The notes under the pieces: generated by a model
Databases searched by the model: none
Told to the model about the DNA's origin: nothing
The model's input: the letters and a program-made list of their open reading frames with translations, nothing else
Program-made: the position numbers and the translations under genes
In this document: in pieces, positions 40,992 to 64,000 of the stretch
How the letters are laid out: the number at the start of each line of letters is the position of its first letter
Position numbering within the stretch: position 1 is the first letter of the stretch
From: Owenia fusiformis
Lineage: Eukaryota
Assembly: GCA_903813345.2 (NCBI GenBank)
Contig: CAIIXF020000001.1
Coordinates: 47,120,001-47,184,000, forward strand
Length of the DNA: 64,000 nt
Reading direction: 5' to 3'

Positions 40992-43900
40992 TCAGTTAGA
41001 ACTGGAGTTGGTTTCATATGTGGTTAAAAGGGCTGCATCGACAGGCTCTAAACATGATGGACACGTGAAAGATCTCATAAGCCAATCATCTATGCAGTCT
41101 TTGTGGTATGTATGCATACATGGCAAAAACCTCACCGAATCTCCTATTGCAAACTCACCCATACATATCACACATCTGAAAGGAAAAATAGTTATAATTT
41201 AACAGACAGTTATGTTGTGACTAAACTATACAATCTTTCAATTAATCTCAAAAACAATTTATGGGACATTTTTCATATCTTTTGAGCCCAGAATTTGATG
41301 AATTTGAGCCTCATTCTATTGATTTGATAACCTTTAAAGTACATGTACATGCATGTGACATTCAAGTCAAACAAATACAGCAAACAACCATTTTCAAATG
41401 AATAATAGATTTTACATCCTGGTTGAATATTGTGTGATATAAATGATATTTCAGTATTTGTGATAAATGTTCACTGCCTTGATGAGGATTTTTGTAATGG
41501 CAGATCTAACCAATCTTATTTTTAAGTGTTAAGTATCAGGAATTAATGAAGAGAATAAGGGGGTGGGGGATTAGTCTGATGATCAAAATACAACTCTTTC
41601 ACCACCTATAACATTTATATCCCTATCTTTTTAAAGAAACTTTATACTCATTCCCTGCCATGCTTTACCCAAATAATCTGAAAGGTTCCAAATTATCTCA
41701 TAGATATTCATGATTGTAATCTTTATTCATATTCATTTTTCATTAATTAATTAATGGATGAATCATACCTAAACTTGAGTTTTTATATGACAATCGGAAC
41801 ATGTAAGAACCGAAACACCCTATTTATCAAACTCAATGGTCCAGAAGTTAAATGCAATCAGGGGACCATCAGTCAATGAATATCAATGTACAGTTAAACA
41901 TGGTCTTAGTGAACACCTCTCTCTAGTGGACACCCTTCCCCCGCACATATTCTACTGACTTCTGTATAAATCACCCAACACTGAACGTTTTTTCTTGGCA
42001 AAAATTGTTCAATATACACAGGTTCTACTGTACATGTGCTTACAAAGCAGTTACACATTGTGCAGTTACACATTGTGCAGATGATTACAAAGCAGTTGTA
42101 CATATTGTGCCAATGATTACAAAGCAGTTACACATTTATTGAAGATCAGTGATAATGTGCCTATATTTTCACCAGATTGACTGTTCATGAGAGATGACAC
42201 TCTATGAATCCTGCCTGTTGTAACCCATTGTCAGTTAAAGCAACTATCAGGCCACTGAACTATCACTAGCATCATTGATTTCTACTAAACTTGTGTGCTT
42301 CGTGAATTAGAGTAAGATATAGCAAAATAGCATTCAATTTCCTCTTGATGACGTTGTTTGATCATCAAACATCTACCCACTATAATCCGATTCAATGATG
42401 CCTAATTCTGTATTTAGGTTTATAGCCCTACTGGAGAGGCAATATCTGTTAATGGGGACAATGAGGGTACCATGTGATGTTTAAACATTAATCATCATGT
42501 TCATTATTTAACTATAAACTGTCAGATTTTGATTCTTACACTTATCATTTTTTAGTAAATTCAAACATACTGCATGATATTTAGCACTTGTAAGTTGTAT
42601 GTATATACATGAACATGGACATATTAACTATGAACTTACAGAGTTAGAAAAATACTTTCTCCCTTTAAAACAGTTGTTATGGGGAATCCCTATGATACCA
42701 AATAACACCCATCATGCATCGTTAAATTTCTAGTACTAGTTGAACTATTCTAATTTACAAACGAGGTATTAACATGAAAAATGTCAACACCTGCCATTTG
42801 TTACAGACAACGACTGCCAAATGCCGAACCCCATCCACAATAAAGTTAAAGAATATAATGATATACCTTGCGGTGGTGACATAAAAAACAATCAAAATCT
42901 GATAATATGACATAAGAACAGACTTTCGATTGTAATTCACTTATTGCCATGAAAACTTCATATTGTAATATGCAACCTCTAGGCATCTATATTATATAAT
43001 AAACATGTTACATGAACTTACTCAAAAGAATGAATGATTTATATGGTTTAGATCCTAAATATCAATTGGGAAATTAATTTGAATTATTAATTCTACAGTT
43101 TCTTAATTGCCTAAAACCATTCCATTGACTTCAGAGAAATATGAGTGTCTATATCGAAGTTCCTCGCATACATCAGTCAGCTTACTGAAACCACTATCAA
43201 TAATAGCAAATTTATGACAGTCAAATTATTAAGCATCAGTCCAATTTAAAATGATATCTGAGCCTTCAAATGTTGTCTCATAAGGAGCCATAATTCTATT
43301 AAAGACATGATTTTATATATGAATGAGTTGCATGATAATTTCAATTTGCAATATTTTCAGATAATTCCTGCATATTATATTGATACCATAGAATGTAGAA
43401 TATGTGTATTGATCCAAAATATAATTCTATATCTGAGGTGAGTGGGGTATATTATATCCTGGTGTATCTCCCACTCAGCAATCCCCAGGAATTTTGTTCA
43501 GTGGATTTTTATTTAGTTTTGTATTTTATTATAGGATAAATCTGATTATTTAACATATATTGATAACATCAGACTCGAATCACTAATATAAGAATGGGCG
43601 AACATAAACCAGATAAAGGCACTGAAAACCTTGTAAGCATCAAAAAGAGCTTTATTTGATGGGATAACAAATTATACAATGCTATTCTACGAAAACAAAA
43701 AACCTACAATTTTCATTTTTGTTTTGTGCCTTCAAATAATAAATTTAACTTACTCTCTGACTTTTTTACTGCCATCAAATATTCCTGTGGGTAAGTGGTT
43801 GATGAGCCCTAGTCTTTGTGCTATTTTAATTTGTTCTTCCTCTGTCAGCTGATTAGCTGGCCTACTTACATTAGGCGTGGGGTGATACACAGGGACTGTC

Positions 43901-45895
43901 TCCTATAAAACATGTTAAAATTACTTAAAATCACCCGCTATGGCTCAGTGGCAGAGAGAGTCAAGGTTACCAATATCGCTTGGCCCCGGGTTCGATTCCC
44001 GGTTCAGACAAGTTTGTTTGTGCGTTATGTAATTCTGGGTGTTTGACTGAGTGGTTCACAACTCGAATAAAAGGCTGTGGTGTGTACCTGTATGTCTGTG
44101 TACCTGTGCACATAAAAGAAAACAGGGCTCCTCCAAGGAGGGGTTTCTGGCTCTATCTTCGAGTGTAAAATACGTAAAATACGGAATATATCAATGAGGT
44201 ATTGCTCGCCAAATATGGCGGTAACCAAGATATAATAATAAAACATAGAAATTTCAAACTGTATAATTGGCTGTTCTTCCTGGTACACAGGGAAGTTTCA
44301 TGTACATATATTACATTTTATCAAATTATTGGTGTGAACAAAACAAGACTTCCTATTAGTTGCTAAACCAAAATTTCAGTGTGATAATGACAATAACCAT
44401 TTCAGTTGATTTGCAACATGCTACATGACGCAATGAACAGTTTATCTGATCTATGTATTGATACAACTTCATTATTTGAAACAATGGTTTTTCATTGAGG
44501 TTAATTCTAAAGTGGTTCTCAGTTTGCCTTGAAACTTTATTTAGGATGACTTGCATAAAAAATCTTCGTAGCAATCCCCAAAACCTTATCGGGACTGCCC
44601 CAGCACTTGCATCCCTCAAGTTATTTAACCTGAGTCCTCTAAAATATGCTATGATTGGCCAGTTTAACCATTCCTAGTCAACTTCACTAAATGGTACAAG
44701 ATTGGGAGATGTTACTCAAGTCTCTAGCCAATACTTGGCTAGAGGGGATTTCATCTGGAATACTGTGAACTCTATTTGAAAAAAGCTGGCCGTGGTGTCA
44801 TTAATTTATTGAATATTTTAAAAATTGCCAGATAAATAAATCATTAACCAAACCGGACCCAGCCCGGCTCCTTGATGAGATATGACATGATTTCATCAGG
44901 ATTTCGTCTAAAATTAAAAAAAATGGCTCCGAGAAAATGGCGATGTTCGAAAACTGGACGAAATGTCGTTAACGTCTGACATTAGTTACTGGCTGTAAAT
45001 TCTAAGTTAGCGATCCAGAAGATGTGAACTAATACACTGATCACTTTATGTGTGTTTTGGAATTTTTGGTGAGGTAATAAGACCAAAACTCGCAATTCAA
45101 ATTGTGATGTGGAAAAATGGCGGACATATGATTTCAAATTTTATGATTACGACATGACCAGTTGTTCATGCAGGAATATATCTGTACTGGAAGGCCACGA
45201 TACAGTGGCCTTAGAAGAAGGTAAGGGAGATGAACCACATGGATGAAACCTTTATCTATCAATGTTTTACCAAAAAAGTATTACTGGGACGTATAAAGAA
45301 TGTGTCCGAGTCTTTGCAATTATAGATACATTAAGGTAGATTAATACCACGTTCAATGTGCTTCATGTAAAGAAGCGATGCACAATAAACAAACAGACAT
45401 GTGCTAAACAAATAAACAGACAGTCTGCATCGTGTCACTTATGTCACCAAGTACATCCTAAATCAAAACCTAGTTTTGAAAGGTGATTGGGTGATAAATA
45501 TTCTATAATGGGTACAGGGATACAATAGTACAAATAATACATCATCATAAAACAACAAAGCCTGAACTCATGAGTACTTTGTACTTGTAAAAAATATTTT
45601 GATAAAAACAACAAAGGAAATCAATGAAGATCACAGTTATTCATCATTCTTCAGTTTCTATACATTTTGATGGACAATATTATCTTAAATACCTAGAATC
45701 AAAGTTATATATGACTATTCTAAATTGATTATGTTATGTCATCATCAGCTGAGACTCCCAAAGAAAGGTCATCTGACAAACCTGGTATGGTGGAGGGGGT
45801 CCAAGTCCCGAGCTATCTGGAGGTTCGCTGTGCCCTTCATTTCCCCTCAAAAGAGATATATCATCGTTCGTAGGGCTCTTCAGACAGTTACCCAT
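40992..45895 (-). CDS. RNF11: RING finger protein 11 (RING-H2 E3 ligase with PPPY motif), 148 aa
   Basis: Exons 45895-45782 (MGNCLKSPTNDDISLL...LGPPPPYQ), 43902-43754 (ETVPVYHPTP...QLTEEEQIKIAQRLGLINHLP), 41175-40992 (CVICMGEF...RFLPCMHTYHKDCIDDWLMRSFTCPSCLEPVDAALLTTYETN); GT-AG and in frame. Not captured by the ORF track. The 3' UTR probably extends to an AATAAA near 38164. Confidence 0.97.
43932..44240 (+). mobile_element. tRNA-derived SINE, same family as 31758-32092
   Basis: TGGCTCAGTGG A-box, GGTTCGATTCCC B-box; shared body GTGTTTGACTGAGTGG...GCACATAAAAGAA...GAGGGGTTTCTGG...GAGGTATTGCTC. Confidence 0.8.
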
Positions 45896-46285
45896 CTTTT
45901 TGATTTAAATAATTGTCTTTAATAAGCAGCTAAAGCAATGAATAATCCAGTTCAAAATGTCCACAAAATGCACTGCGATGACACAAAATAAAAACAGAAG
46001 CCTAACAACACTTATTAAAAATACTACGCGTCATCAAATTATCCCAAATGTTTACATAATTTCATCAATACATCTTTTTTGAATATGAATAATTCATTTT
46101 TATATTACTTTGATTTATAGTTGCACATTGAAAACAGCAAAATACCTTCTGAATAATATACTACTCGATTTATGTTTTAGCGGAGTAATATGAACTTTAT
46201 AAACAGTCTGGTACTACTTTTTCAAAACACAAATTTTTAAATTCTACACAATTCTTTTAGTTTTTACTGATTTGCATCCCCAAAC
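45896..46285. promoter_or_regulatory. Probable bidirectional promoter region between RNF11 and LRRC6
   Basis: The divergent start codons (45895 on -, 46286 on +) are separated by only 390 bp. Confidence 0.6.
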
Positions 46286-63986
<17,701 letters not shown>

Positions 63987-64000
63987 GCAGGAATATAGTA

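Noticed and set aside
40705..41202. 165-aa plus-strand ORF
   Set aside because: Antisense shadow of the RNF11 last exon and 3' UTR with no recognisable protein features.

Overview
AT-rich, intron-rich animal genomic DNA, probably a marine invertebrate (inferred from V-type SINEs and Helentron-associated elements; species not determinable). Manual splice reconstruction (GT-AG, exon phases checked) gives seven protein-coding genes: (1) the last 15 exons of acetyl-CoA synthetase ACSS2 (+, 775-25734); (2) a 5-exon antisense gene nested in ACSS2's 10-kb intron encoding a putative secreted two-EGF protein (-); (3) a 4-exon secreted 358-aa protein with a glycoside-hydrolase-like motif (-); (4) an ERICH1-like gene (-); (5) RNF11 (-); (6) LRRC6/DNAAF11 (+, 16 exons, head-to-head with RNF11); (7) a 3-exon secreted Cys-rich antisense gene nested in an LRRC6 intron (-). 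Introns are dense with non-autonomous elements (Tc1/mariner, hAT, P-like foldback, Transib-like, HINEs with satellites, SINEs). The most unusual structure is a 95-bp tandem array of the 3' splice site plus first ~22 codons of the penultimate LRRC6 exon, placing seven stop-containing decoy acceptors ahead of the real one. All family assignments are from recalled motifs, not database searches.
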